Assembly: GCF_018350175.1 (NCBI RefSeq)
Contig: NC_058368.1
Location: forward strand, 28,832,001-28,896,000
Length of the DNA stretch: 64,000 bases
DNA from: Felis catus
Taxonomy: Eukaryota
Reading direction: 5' to 3'
Position 1 is the stretch's first letter. The number at the start of each line of letters is the position of its first letter. Position numbers and translations under genes: made by a program. This document shows, piece after piece, positions 38,892 to 52,059 of this stretch. A model generated the notes under the pieces. The model did no database searches and was not told where the DNA came from. It saw only the letters and a program-made list of their open reading frames with translations.

Positions 38892-41232
38892 AATTGCCTC
38901 TGGTAAAATATCTTTCGATGTTTAATCTCATGCAAGATCTAGTTCATACTGTACCAAAGATGGTACATTATTAGTATGGTGAGTTAGGTTCGCTTAAGTA
39001 TATTATGAGTTTAAGCTCATCAGGGGAAGAAATTTCTACCTATTTTGTTCACAGATACTTCAGCATCCAAAGCAATGCCCATGAATAAATGCTGAATACA
39101 AATTTATTGAATAAAAGAGTAGATAATATCCTGATATGAAAAGATATTCACATTAATTTTTGACTCTCTCATGCTTTTCTGTTGTGACCCAATTAATGAG
39201 ACTTTTAAAAACTATAAACTACTCATTACTGTATTTTCTGGTAAAGCTTTACTCAGTGGACACAGTGTTCCCCAGCCTCACGCTCTGGTTTCATCTGTGT
39301 GTACATCTTTGCCCACTCATTAGTTTTGCATTTAATCTGCATTTTTGTTCTTCTATTCCTTTTTTAGAACTGATTAGAAAATGCATTGTTTAATGTTAGG
39401 AGCAAAGGGTAATGAAGGACCTGCATACTGTTTTTCTTTTTGGGGCTGGAAAAGAGGAAATGAAGTTCCCACAAAGAAATTAGGTCATCTTGAGTTCCTA
39501 AAATTTACCAAGCCAGAAACCTAGCTTTCAGAGAAAAGACAAAAGATCCAGTTTTTAAATGTATCATTTTAGTAGATTTATTTTTAAAGATTAGACAACT
39601 CACATCTTTCAGATTTTGTTAAGAGATTTGATTATCAGCATGGCTTTGAATATTAGAGCAGTTTCTTTTTAAATAAGTGTTAATACAGTGCTAGGAGATG
39701 TGGGGAGGGAAGTAGATTTTGAAAACTAAGCATATTTTGAAATGTTTAGCTTCCATCAGATGACTACTTTGCTGTGGCTATTTTCTACCTGTTGTTCCCA
39801 GTAAGAAGCTACCCCTGAAGAGAACAGTGTTGCATCACAGTAGACTTCCTTCCATAAATATTATCCCCCTAATGTCTTCCTTTCTTTTATGGTTTGTTAG
39901 GATTTTTTGCATCTGGACACATTAGTGATGAGTGATTGACTGCTAAATAAACTATTTGTCCTCCAAAACAGCTATTTTAAGAGCTGGAGTCTTTTCAGTC
40001 ACTTTGGCAGAAATAATATTTTGCTTATCTTATTAAAAAGACTTTTCCCTCAAAGCATTCAGAGCACATATAACAATAATATTCTTTCTGTCTCCTTTAT
40101 CTTCCTTGCCTTTTACTCTACTCTGCTCCCTCATTTATTCTCTTTTAATTCCCTCTTTAGACACGAGTAATCTTGAGCTTCAAGAGGTGAAGTGATTGAC
40201 CAACGTCTAAATCTGGACTCAGAGTTAGGCCAGTGGTGGTTTTTAACAAACACTGCAATAATCACAGTTAATTTGTGTCTTCCTTTTTTTGTATTGTATG
40301 GTAACACTGCTTATATTAGTGGCCCTTTCTGTTTGACGTCCTTGAGAAGTTTCTCTTCCAACATGGCGGAAATACGTTTGCCTTTTACAGGCGAGAGTAA
40401 GAAAGGGTGTGTTGCTATTCAAGAGGGAGCCCAGACCGCTTGTACACATTGCTTACAACTTAATGTTTGTTTGCCTCAGCTATGTCTAAGTAGCACTCTG
40501 TTTTATTTTTGAAAATTATCAGTGTCCCTTACCTTCATTTCATTGATAGTTAAAATAAACCTTTGGAAATGATATTCTTGATGATGCCATGAACTCTTTT
40601 CCACTTGGCAATATCATTCAGCAGCGTTACTTCTCAATGGGTAATGTTATGCTTATCTCTTATTGGCAGAAATTACTGTTTACTTCTATTTTCAGGACCT
40701 TCCCTCATTTAGAAATATTTGGCAAATATTTGTTAAGTGTCTCCTATGTGCCATGGTCCAGCTTTCCTTTCCCATGTTTGACTTCTATTAATGACTAGTC
40801 TATTCCTACAGCCAACTTTATTTAATGAACCATAAAGTTAGAGATAATTTTTGTTAGCTATTTGAAACTCTTATATGTCGTCTTTCTTCTTTCACTCTTA
40901 TGTTTAACTACTACTGCTTTTCTAAAAGAAAGCTAACCATAAGCCAATTTAAACACAGCTTACTAAAATATCATTTTTAAAATAAACATCACTATTTTGA
41001 GATCATTTGCTCTTCAGTAAATTAGCAGATATTAGCTTAATGTACCTTTACAAGCAACATTTCAAGAACAGATTGTGCTTGCTCTCCAGAGGCCAATTTT
41101 CTTTCCTTATTTTGACAAAAACCTAGTCTTTATACAACTTAATTATTTTTATTGCATGTAGAATGATTTTAAATTACTATCAAGACATTAATAACTCTAT
41201 TTAAAAAAAAAACTTTAAAATTACAGGATTAA

Positions 41233-41450
41233 GGGGACTCTAAGGTGACTCAGTCAATTAAGCATCTGACTTAGGCTCAGGTCATGATCTCACAGATAGT
41301 GGGTTTGAGCCCCGCGTTGGGCACTGTGCTGACAGCTCACAGCCTGGAGCCTACGTCAGATTCTGTGTCTCCCTCTCTCTCTGCACCCCTACCCTGCTCA
41401 TGCTCTGTCTCTCTCTCAAAAATAAATAAACATTAAAAAAAATTTTTTTT
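41233..41450 (+). mobile_element. Can-SINE
   Basis: ggctcaggtcatgatctcac...agcctggagcct...aaaaataaataaacatt. Confidence 0.9.
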
Positions 41451-43202
41451 TAATCACAGAATTAAAAAAAGAATAGAGTTTAGCACCATATTTCTTTGAG
41501 TAGCCCCTTTATCTACACAGGCTTTAATTGATAGAAAACTTTAGTTTGCAAGATAGTGAGAAGTGAGAACATTTATGTCAGCGATTAGCTAAACATTCTA
41601 ATTAATTCAAGCATTACAGATAATAGTTATGTACTGAAAACCATTTTTTAAATTAAGCCGTAGGCTAAGAAAATGTGATTTAGATGTGTTTTAAATTCCC
41701 TTCTCTTCTCTATTGTTGAAATTACTAATTCTATTTAAACTTTTATAAGCTTATATTTCAGAGATGTTCTTGAGAGGAACAAATTGTAATAGAATTGAAA
41801 TTGTAGCAAATAAAATACTCTCTTAGGGTTATTGCCTATTTGTGTAGAGGACTATTATCTTTTGATCCAAGATGCTCCTAAACACAGAGCAATGATTTTA
41901 ATCAACTTTTCAGAAAAATAATCATTATATTGGCTTTAAGAGTCAATTCATATGCTGCTTGTGACAATAACGGTTACCTTATCACTTCACTAAGTTGAAA
42001 CTTATGATATTGTAAGATACCTTGAAAAACAAGCTTTCTCTTATTGTATTAAGTACTATGCAAAGATAGTAGGTTATTTGCCACTCTTACATCACCAGTG
42101 AAACTTAACTGACATATAAGCCAATCCATTTTTTAATAGCATATCATTTTACACATTTTACTAACCTCTGCTTTTCCTTTGATGTATATGATGAAAGATC
42201 AATAAAAAGAACAGAACAAAACCACCTTTTTTCTATAAATTCCTCTTTCTCACAGACTACTCCACTGAAAGCCGTGATTTCCATTTGTGTTTATTCTCAT
42301 TTGTAATCCTTTTTAGAAATCATCTGATTTGTGCATGTTCCCTCAAACCTTTGGTTTTTAATTCTAGCACAAAAGTCTTTTGATAAATCTAATTTGGCAA
42401 GTTGTATCTTATCAGAATTCAAGTGTTATAGAACAATTTCATTTGCCTTTTTAAAATTGGAATTCAGCTTGAGTTTCCTTCCCACTGACAATGATACAAG
42501 AGTTCCTTTTTCCATTTTGGTGCTTGAAGGTGTCATGTTGTTGCCCATTAAATATGTGACAAATGAAGTGAGAAATTCATTATATAGCTATAAAAATCTG
42601 TGTGAACACACTGTTTCTCTTCCTCACCCAACCCCCCTTCTGTATTGCTAGAATATTAACAACGAATTTAAGGGAAATTAGTTAAACTGTGTTCTTGTTT
42701 GCTTAAAACTCTAAAAATTAATTTTTTAGCAGAAGATAGCATAAAATATGTCCTATAGAAAACTTGTAAGACCCAGGAATAGAGAAAATGGACATATGAC
42801 TAGATATCATTACACTGCATAAGAAACATTGTGTTCATACTAAAAGTGGATAAGCACCAATAAATTGTCACTGTATGTTTTGTTTTCACTTTTTTTAACA
42901 TCCTCAAGGCTTTATTTCAAACACATCTGAATTTGAATTTTAGCCAACATTAAAAGTGGTATCCGATTCTTTGTAAAGTGTTAGTGCTTGGGCTATAGGA
43001 AGCAGTAAATAATAAGGCAGGTATCAGACCCATGAGAGCCAGAATCATTGGGGTGGGAGCTTGGAATAGAGGTCAGGAAGAGCAATAGACCAGACTCCAG
43101 GGAATTAACTCAAGAAGCCACTTGCCGTTTAGTCAAATTAGAGGGAAAAGCCTTTCAAGCTAGGTGCAGATAAGTTAGGTAGTCTAGAAATTATAAATGT
43201 CA

Positions 43203-43427
43203 GGGCGCCTGGGTGGCGCAGTCGGTTAAGCGTCCCACTTCAGCCAGGTCACGATCTCACATTCCGTGAGTTCGAGCCCCGCATCAGGCTCTGGGCTGAT
43301 GGCTCAGAGCCTGGAGCCTGCTTTTGATTCTGTGTCTCCCTCTCTCTCTGCCCCTCCCCCATTCATGCTCTGTCTCTCTGTGTCCCAAAAATAAATAAAA
43401 AACATTGAAAAAAAATTAAAAAAAAAA
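43203..43427 (+). mobile_element. Young felid SINE (SINEC_Fc-type)
   Basis: Diagnostic cagccaggtcacgatc and ctgggctgatggctc; TSD agaaattataaatgtca. Confidence 0.93.
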
Positions 43428-45579
43428 GAAATTATAAATGTCAATAATTGTATTGCCAACATACCTGTTCAAGCCCTGGTATGTGAGGACACTGATGGAG
43501 GAGTTACTCACTACAATAAGTCTAAATTCAACTCAGTTGGAGTCCATGATGGATGTAAACAAGGTCTTCCATACTCCCTTGACTAGTCAACTGCAAGTGT
43601 ACTTCTCAATATGACTGTACTTTCTAATAAACACTTATAAATTAATAAAAAAGATTTCTTATATCTAGTAGAGTCAGCCTTAATCTAACCCAACATTTAC
43701 TGAAGTGGATTCTATAGTTCCAGATTCTCTGTTTAAAAAAAAAAAAAGGGTCCCTGGTCCAATAAATTTGGAAATCCACATACTATATGTTGTGTTATAA
43801 GCCACAGTGTTGACTTTTAACTTTCAGCGTTTTTGTCATTTTATTCATGCATTCATTTATTCAGCGAATATGTATTAAATGCATTCTATGTGCCAGATAT
43901 CCATTAGATGCAGGGAACTGGATGAGGGACAGGTAGATATGGTCTACCTTCTTAAATCTTACAGTCTATGTAGAAAGATATTAAGATAAGTAATTAGAAT
44001 ATAGTGTGTTAAGGGTTGAAATAGAGGAGATCCAGGGCTCAAAGGGAACATGCAACAGGGTCACCTAACCTGGTCTTTTTAGAAAGGGTCATGGTGGGGA
44101 TTTCCAAGAAACACCATCTACACTCAAGACCTGAAGATCAGGTAGAAGTTAGGCAAGAACTTTCAGTCCTAACAGCAGAAATAATGATAACAGACTGGTA
44201 AGGCTGATGTGTAGTTACACTCTTTATATCTGCCATATGCTGTGCTAGGTACTTTCCAAGTGTTCTGTCATCGATCCTCCTGGGTGGATTGTATTACTTA
44301 CCCAAGATCAGGTGGCTAATAAGTGATAAGAACTAGAATTTGAATCCTGATTGGTCTGACTCCAATGTCTTCTTTCTACTACCCCACAGCTGCCTGTCAA
44401 AGCAATTCACTTATTTTGATTAAATTTGTTTTGCTAAAGCAAAAACTTACTTGAAAGATATCTTAAGTTTGCTTGGTTTGTCATTGTCATATAGTATTTA
44501 TCAGTTTTTTAAATAAATACACATTTTATAATTTTAATAGATGGTGATAAATGTTAGCATTTGGGGAGAAGTTTCAGAAGCATATTATAACACTAAGGTC
44601 TGAAGTTCACATTCCAAGTATGGCCTCACACATAGTAGGTACTCAAAAGAACACAGGTATAACTCCACATATTACTTGATAAGTGATAGAGAAATTTGAA
44701 AAGGCAACCTTCAATTCTTATAAAGAAAAGTGCTACTCATATTTTAAAAGTAATTTAATTCTCTATGTGATATGATCAAGATGGCCATAGAATTTTTTAT
44801 TTTAAAGACAGCATATATGTAGAGGATGAAGATATAGAATTGATCCCCTTAAATGTGTGTGGACCTACCTATCACCTGCAGCTTATATACACATTTTTGG
44901 TAAAAGTAATTCATAGATGATACGAATTTCCTATCTCATCATGTGGGAACGTATATAACATCAAGAGAGCTCACTATTAATAATTTGAATATTCTGATCT
45001 AAAGGAAGGTCTGGCACACTCTAGCAAATAGATTTAAGAAAATGGAATGGATTGTCTTAATCCTAGCAGAAATGTTCAAAAGCCTGTGGTTGCTGGAGGG
45101 AGGTAAGACAGTCTGAGTTTTGCACATGCTGTGGGCAGATTGGGCCAGAATGTGGAATTCATACACTTGCCTTAATTGGTCATGTCAGGATGCCAGTCAT
45201 CACCAAAGTCACCATCAAAATTCCTTTCAAATAATATAAATATTATTTCTCTAATGCAAATATATATGTGTTTAATTTCTCCTCCTCACTCCCAGGAGGT
45301 GATTTTGAGGAGTGAAATGGTCACAAAGGAAATTACTAGAAAGGAAAGGAGAAGTAAAGAACCTGGATAATCTGTAAACCTGGATTGATTTCCAAACCCT
45401 GTAATTCATATTTACATCCACAAAATACTGTTGCTAAATGGAATTTCATTTGTTATTATTCATTTTGAGAAAAGTGGGTGGTGAATAAAAATTTAAAAAG
45501 AAGTCCTCCTGTGCTATATTTTTATTCATGTCTGTTTTTTTTTTCTTACTAACTATAAAATGTTTCGGTTTAACTTCAG

Positions 45580-45655
45580 GGACACCACAGTACAAACCCT
45601 TACTCTTCAGCCTTCTGTTAAAGATGGACTGATTGTATACGAAGACTCACCTTTG
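45580..45655 (+). CDS. VWA8: VWA8 coding exon (R-DTTVQTLTLQPSVKDGLIVYEDSPL)
   Basis: taacttcag acceptor, 76 nt, TTG|gttagt donor. Phase 2 to 0, compatible with both neighbours. Confidence 0.95.
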
Positions 45656-46539
45656 GTTAGTAATCCAACTATATGAATATTCTCAACTCTATTTTTCTGA
45701 ATGATAGTTGTATTTCAGCCTTTGAGAGGGATTTGTAAATATCCCATAGATTTCAATGAATTTCAGTCTAAACTGGAAAACACTCATTCGTATGTCATTT
45801 GGGGAGTAGATATTTAAATACAAATTATTGAGAAAATAAAATGTTTTCTTATTCTGTTCTTTTCTCTTCCAGGTGATTTAGGGAATGATAGAAATCCTCT
45901 AATGGCTTCTTTATCATTCCAGAATTAAGGGAAAAAAAACTTTGCTGTTTTCAAATGTGTAGTGTTTAAAATTAGATAATGCTTCTAGAATTTTTTTAAA
46001 TGATTTTAATGAATAAAATATTAGCCCAGTGTTTTGGGTAGCTGGAAAGACCCATCCCTCAACTTCTTATATAAGACCCAAAATAATCCTGGCCTGCCAG
46101 GCCTGTCCCTCTGTGTAGATAACCCCTTTGTGGTAATGGCACAAATATGCCAACATAAGAACCTCTCTGGTCCAGAGCTTTTTGAAGTGATTGAAGTCTT
46201 TAGAATCTCACTCCTGAATTCTCCCAGGTTGGGCCTGACTTTCCCTGAACAGAGATGTGAAGGCTGGGGTTGGATTAGTGTTTGAAAGCTATATGTTTTC
46301 TCCCTCTTTTTTAATTCAGTTCATTTTTACGCTAAAATTATAAAGAAGAACCCTTATCAGTTTTTTTAGAATATGAATATTTGTGGTAGAGGCAATCATC
46401 TGTTTCTCAATTTGTAAAATTATTTGTCAAAACTATGTAATGGGGAAAATTTATTATATGGTTCATTAAAAAAATAAGCTTTGGGTTTACATTTAAATTC
46501 ATTGAGTATTTCCCCCATCTACTCTCTTAAAATGTTTTC

Positions 46540-46597
46540 TTTTTTTAAGTTTACTTATTTATTTTGAGAGAGAGAGAGAGGGAGAAAGCAGGGGAGG

Positions 46598-46636
<39 letters not shown>

Positions 46637-46765
46637 AATCCCAAGCAGGCTCTGCACTGTCAGCCTGGAGCCCAGTGCAGGGCTCAGACTCATGACCCAT
46701 GAGATCATGACCTGAACTGAAATCAGGAGCTAGATGTGTAACCAACTGAACCACCCAGGTGCCCC
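46540..46765 (-). mobile_element. Can-SINE
   Basis: TSD ctcttaaaatgtttt. Confidence 0.92.
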
Positions 46766-46942
46766 CCTCTTAAAATGTTTTTAAGAGTTTTTCCTAGCTT
46801 TTATTTTTACCTTTCTCTTCATAACGTCACCACTTATTCAGACACCTAAGACCTAGGATTCTTCCTTATTTTTCCTTTCCTTACTTCCCATGTAATCAGT
46901 TGCCAAGACTATAGATTATATGTCCAAAAAACTTCAGATCAA

Positions 46943-47140
46943 GGTGCCTGGTTGGCTCAATGGGTTAAGCATCCGACTCTTGATCTCACCGCAGGTCATG
47001 ATCTCACGATTCATTAGATCGAGCCCGACATCAGGCTCTGTGAGCCTGCTTGGGATTCTCTCTCTCCCTCTCTCTCTCTCCCCCTCTGCCACTTGTGCCC
47101 CCATGTGCACTCTCTCTCTCAAATTTTAAAAACTTAAAAG
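46943..47140 (+). mobile_element. Can-SINE
   Basis: TSD cttcagatcaa. Confidence 0.9.
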
Positions 47141-48004
47141 AAGAAAACTCTTCAGATCAATTTAATACTTTTTATTTCCACTTTTCCATGCCTCTTCCCT
47201 TAAAACCAGGTCCCTCAAACTACTTTTTTACCAGATTAGTATGGCAATCCCCTTTTAGTCTACTCTGCATATCGCTGCAGGATTAAACATCCTAAAGTGT
47301 AGTTCCAGCCTCCATTCCTATCATGCCTGAACTCATAAATCTTTACGAATTGATTACTTAATGAGATAAAGTACATATTTGTCACTCTGGTGACAAATTA
47401 ACAGAGACCTGATCTACTCTTTCAGACCCTGTTTTCTTTTTTTTTTCTTACATTTAACCTCTGCTTCAGCCAAGATAGACTACTCATATTCCCTCTTCCC
47501 TCAATGTGCCTCAGGATTTCTTGAGTTTGACCAGTGATGCCCTTTATATTGAATAACCACCTCTTGACCATCCATTCTGATCTATTGAAATCCCCCACTC
47601 CTTTAGAGCCATAACAAATGCAGTGTTCTGATATCCACTCTTGATTGTAATGTCTCAGTCTTCTTAACCTCCATGGAACTCTAGTTTCTATATTTGTTTC
47701 ACTTGTTTTAAATCTCCCCTACTCTGGGGTGTGAAATGTGGACATCACCAACATAGGAATAATTATGTTGCCAAAGGGGAATAAATTGATTACTGCAGAA
47801 TTAACAATTTAGTACCTATGTGAAGCTTTTAGAGGTGATCTATAAATTTTGTTTCCAGCTCTGCTACACATTTTTTTTGCGTGATAGTGTATCCATAACT
47901 TAAGTAAAACTAGCTACTAGTATAAATCCAAAGCAATGAGTGAAAAAATTTTAAAGACATTTGCTTTTATTTTTTTGTTTATGATAAATGTTCTGTCTTC
48001 GAAG

Positions 48005-48140
48005 GTTAAAGCAGTAAAGTTGGGTCATGTTCTGGTGGTAGATGAGGCAGACAAAGCCCCAACAAATGTCACCTGTATTTTAAAAACTCTAGTAGAAAAT
48101 GGAGAAATGATTCTAGCAGATGGAAGACGCATTGTTGCAA
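48005..48140 (+). CDS. VWA8: VWA8 coding exon with Walker B (VKAVKLGHVLVVDEADKAPTNVTCILKTLVENGEMILADGRRIVA)
   Basis: Within ORF 47936..48205; hhhhDE Walker B (VLVVDE); tcttcgaag acceptor, A|gtgagt donor; 136 nt, phase 0 to 1. Confidence 0.96.
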
Positions 48141-48407
48141 GTGAGTATAAAAAAGCTTTCAATGTATGCAAATTTCACATCTTTGGTATCAAATCACACA
48201 CTTAGCTGGGCATTTTTCTACAAGGAACAAACATAAGTTCCATATAACTAAAGTTGTCTGCATTGACAGTCATTTATAAAAATCAATACATCTGAATCAA
48301 TCTTTGTCTCACATTTTTATAGTCAGAGAGCATCTGTGAAAATTGTCATAGTAGTTTTAGGTCAAATCAGCTTTATATTTTTCTACTCTGAGAATACTAA
48401 GATATAA

Positions 48408-48617
48408 TTTTTTTAATGTTTTTTAACGTTTGTTCATTTGTGAGAGATACAGCGTGAGCAGGGGAGGGGCAGAGAGAGAGGGAGACACAATCTGAAGCAG
48501 GATCCAGGCTCTGAGCTGTCAGCACAGAGCCTGACATAGGGCTCAAATCCACGAACCATGAGATCATGACCTGAGCTGAAGTCGGGCACTTACGTGACTG
48601 AGCCACCCAGGCACCCC
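48408..48617 (-). mobile_element. Can-SINE
   Basis: Typical body ending gagccacccaggcacccc. Confidence 0.9.
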
Positions 48618-48818
48618 TAACATATCATTTTTATTATACTCATTTGTCCATGATTTGTGTGTAATTTCCTTCATCATTATCTGAATTTTTTAAAAAGCTC
48701 TAGCATGTTCTATTGCTTATAATGTTAAAATTAATGTTATTATTACTCATTATAATTAGAAAAATTGGCAGGCATTTTATTATATATATATATTTGTCAT
48801 ACATACATGTGAATATGT

Positions 48819-48819
<1 letters not shown>

Positions 48820-48862
<43 letters not shown>

Positions 48863-48908
48863 CTACCTCGGGAAGAAGTTATCCTCTGTTTTGGACTACC
48901 TTCTTCCT

Positions 48909-48940
<32 letters not shown>
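48820..48940. repeat. (CA)n and (TTGA)n microsatellites
   Basis: (CA)n at about 48820-48860 and (ATTG)n at about 48912-48940. Confidence 0.92.
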
Positions 48941-48942
<2 letters not shown>

Positions 48943-49039
48943 TTTTTCTTGTTAGCAAAAATGTAGATCGATGAATCTCATCAGTCTGTTTAACCTACAA
49001 AGAAAAACTGTCTAATGTCAGAATATTTTCTAGTTTCTA

Positions 49040-49261
49040 AATTTTTTAATTTATTTTACATCTTATTTATTTTAGAGAGAGAGAGAGAGACCGAGCACAA
49101 GTGGGGGAGGGGCAGAGAGAGAGAGGGAGACACAGAATCTGAAGCAGGCTCCAGGCTCTAGCTGTCAGCACAGAGCCCGATGCAGGGCTTGAACTCACAC
49201 TGTGAGATCATGACCTAAGCCGGAGTCGGACGCTTAACAGACTGAGCCACCCAGGTGCCCC
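49040..49261 (-). mobile_element. Can-SINE
   Basis: TSD ttttctagtttctaa. Confidence 0.92.
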
Positions 49262-49638
49262 TTTTCTAGTTTCTAATTTAATTTTTTTGTGTGATGAGAA
49301 GACTTGAACATCTATAACTAGTCACTGAAAATGTATATAGCCGGTAGCAGGGTAACCAAACAAATTGAGACTAATAACTAAAACCTTCAGTATGCAAAGT
49401 GAGGATGTAAAGAAAACCCCATTAAAAATGTGCAGGTGCATCACCAGAGGGGTTTTTCTTAGATGTTAGTATTTCAAGATGGCTATTTCTGAGCCTAGGA
49501 AACTCAGCACTAATAAAGATATTCTAATATTTCAACTTCACAGTAAATTTCTGGGAGAAATGAGCATTTGAGTTAGACAGCCTGAATACGATCTCCTAGA
49601 TCATTCAGACTTTCAGGATTGGAATTCTGCCTGACTTT

Positions 49639-49855
49639 TGGGGTGCCTGGGTGGTTCAGTCTGTTGAGCGACCGACTTCAGCTCAGGTCATGATCTCACG
49701 GTTTGTGAGTTCGAGCCCCCCGTCGGGGTCTGTGCTGACAGCTGGGAGCCTGGAGCCTACTTCAGATTCTGTGTCTCCCTCTCTCTCTCTGCCCCTCCCC
49801 CACTCATGTTCTGTCTCTCTCAGTATCAGAAATAAACAAACATTAAAAAAAAAAG
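49639..49855 (+). mobile_element. Can-SINE
   Basis: TSD ttctgcctgacttt. Confidence 0.92.
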
Positions 49856-50567
49856 TTCTGCCTGACTTTCATAGATGCATTTTGAAAATATTAAATGGAT
49901 AACAAGAAAGAATTGCTGAAACAAAATTGTAGTTAAAGAGTAATTATCTCTTGGTAACCCTTTACATTATCCAATACATTTTTGGAGAATAGTCTAGAAG
50001 AAAAAGAGTCGTCCTAATTTTTAAACTAAAATTTAATTGTAGACAACATTTTAAACACAAGAGCCCCTGAAGCTCTTCTGAACATGGTTTCATAAAGCAT
50101 CACTTCTCAGGCTATGTTTTCCATTTTATTTCCTTTTTAAGTTTTTATTTTTTATTGTCATTTTCATTTTAATTAACTAACTAATTAAATTTTGCCTGTG
50201 ACACATACTGGTTTATTTACCACTGCTAAATTAATGGAGATCAAACATTAAGATTGTTGATTGTATTTAGTACACGAATATATGGCATATTTGAAAGATT
50301 ATATTAAAAAGTAGAAGTGTAGGTTCGTACAGGCTCATCTCAAATAAAACTGCAGGTGCTACATAACTATTCATTTTAAAAGCTGGAATTTAAATAAACC
50401 CAGATGACAAGTGTTTCTTCTTAAAATAATCACAATAAAGTTTTTACCATCTGAAATTGTTGTCCAGACTAGCAGTTCTATCTGAAATGTACATCAGCCA
50501 GTAGAATATCATATTCAGTTTCCTTAAGACAAAGAAAGCTTCAGTCAATTTGAAACTATGTATTTTA

Positions 50568-50784
50568 GGGGCGCCTGGGTGGCTCAGTCGGTTAAGCGTC
50601 TGACTTCGGCTCAGGTCATGATCTCGCGGTCTGTGAGTTCAAGCCCCGCGTCAGGCTCTGTGCTGACTGCTGAGAGCCTGGAGCCTGTTTCAGATTCTGT
50701 GTCTCCCTCTCTCTCTGACCCTCCCCCGTTCATGTTCTGTTTCTCTCTGTCTCAAAAATAAATAAACGTTAAAAAAATTAAAAA
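50568..50784 (+). mobile_element. Can-SINE
   Basis: ggggcgcctgggtggctcagtcggttaagcg...aaaaataaataaacgtt. Confidence 0.92.
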
Positions 50785-51371
50785 GAAACTATTTTAAGAA
50801 CTAAAGTAGAATCCTTTAATTGGAAATAAATCAACATTGCACGAATGAGCTGACTAGGTGTTCAAGACCTTTATTCTGTGTTAAGTTTCAGGGCACATAG
50901 TCTAAACCAGGAATCACTTCCTAGCTGCATGATGGCAGGCTGTTAGCAAAGTGATGCAGCTACTGATTTGATGAAAATAGAAGGATGTTTGGATTATCTT
51001 TTGGGTATCCTTTGGATTATCCTTCGTTATAGATTCTTACCTCTTTTTTTTTTTTTAAGGAATAATGTATCTCAAGCCAAGTTTAAATACTGTAAGATAA
51101 TATTTGGGCAAGTTTGCTTTTTAGATTTACATTGAATTTACATAAAAATAGAAGTTCCTGTAAAATTCAGTATATGCGTAATCAGTGTTCTGTTCTTAAG
51201 CAAACTTTCTCAAGGAAGTTTTTTTTTTTCCCCATAACCAAATTGACACAACCAGATTTTTAGGTTTTTTTTTTTTTAATTGACTACTTATATTATTTTA
51301 AATGCTGTAACTTGAAATTCTTAAGAATTATTAAATATCAATAAAGACTAAGGAGAAATTATGTTTTTCAG

Positions 51372-51491
51372 ATTCTGCTAATGTCAATGGAAGAGAGAAC
51401 GTTATTGTGATTCATCCTGATTTTAGAATGATTGTTCTGGCCAACAGACCTGGATTTCCTTTCTTAGGCAATGATTTCTTCGGCACTTTAG
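51372..51491 (+). CDS. VWA8: VWA8 coding exon (N-SANVNGRENVIVIHPDFRMIVLANRPGFPFLGNDFFGTL-G), sensor-1 region
   Basis: tttttcag acceptor, G|gtaaaa donor; 120 nt, phase 1 to 1. IHPDFRMIVLAN is typical of MoxR/dynein-related AAA domains. Confidence 0.96.
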
Positions 51492-52059
51492 GTAAAATAA
51501 TAATGATAACAATAACAAAAACAATAGCAATAACAATAATACTATTGTCTTAGTAACAGTATGAGGTGGCTGTCACTGAATGCTACCATGTGCTGTGTCA
51601 TCATCGCAAACACCTTGTGAGAGTATGTGTTATCTCCTTTTTAGAGAAGGAGAATATCAGATTTTCAGAGAGAGTCACCTTTTCTGGAGTCACTTACACA
51701 ATGAATATGAGAATTGGGCTTCATATCTAAGTCTGTCTGATTCCAGAGCCTGTTTGCTCAAACAGTTATACTATGTTTGTTGCTTGGGGTCTCTTAGAAT
51801 AAAACACAAAATCAGAAATGATTTTCAGTGTTTGGTTTTTGTCACATCCCCATAAGTACGAAAGAGTTTGAGACCAGCTCTGAGGAGACTGATTAACACG
51901 GATCAGAGAGGCCCTGAGACAGACTTCATCAACAAGAGCCTTTAAGAAGGAATTCACTTCTCTATGGCAAGTAGGTGATTCTAGATACCAGTAATTTTCA
52001 TACTCAACATGGAGCAGGCTCAGTAGGATTTTTGATCTAGCAATTCTGTATCAGTGAAT

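Noticed and set aside
47936..48205. ORF-track starts and ends around VWA8 exons (also 54383..54676)
   Set aside because: Flanking residues are intronic; splice sites and phase continuity define the real coding parts.
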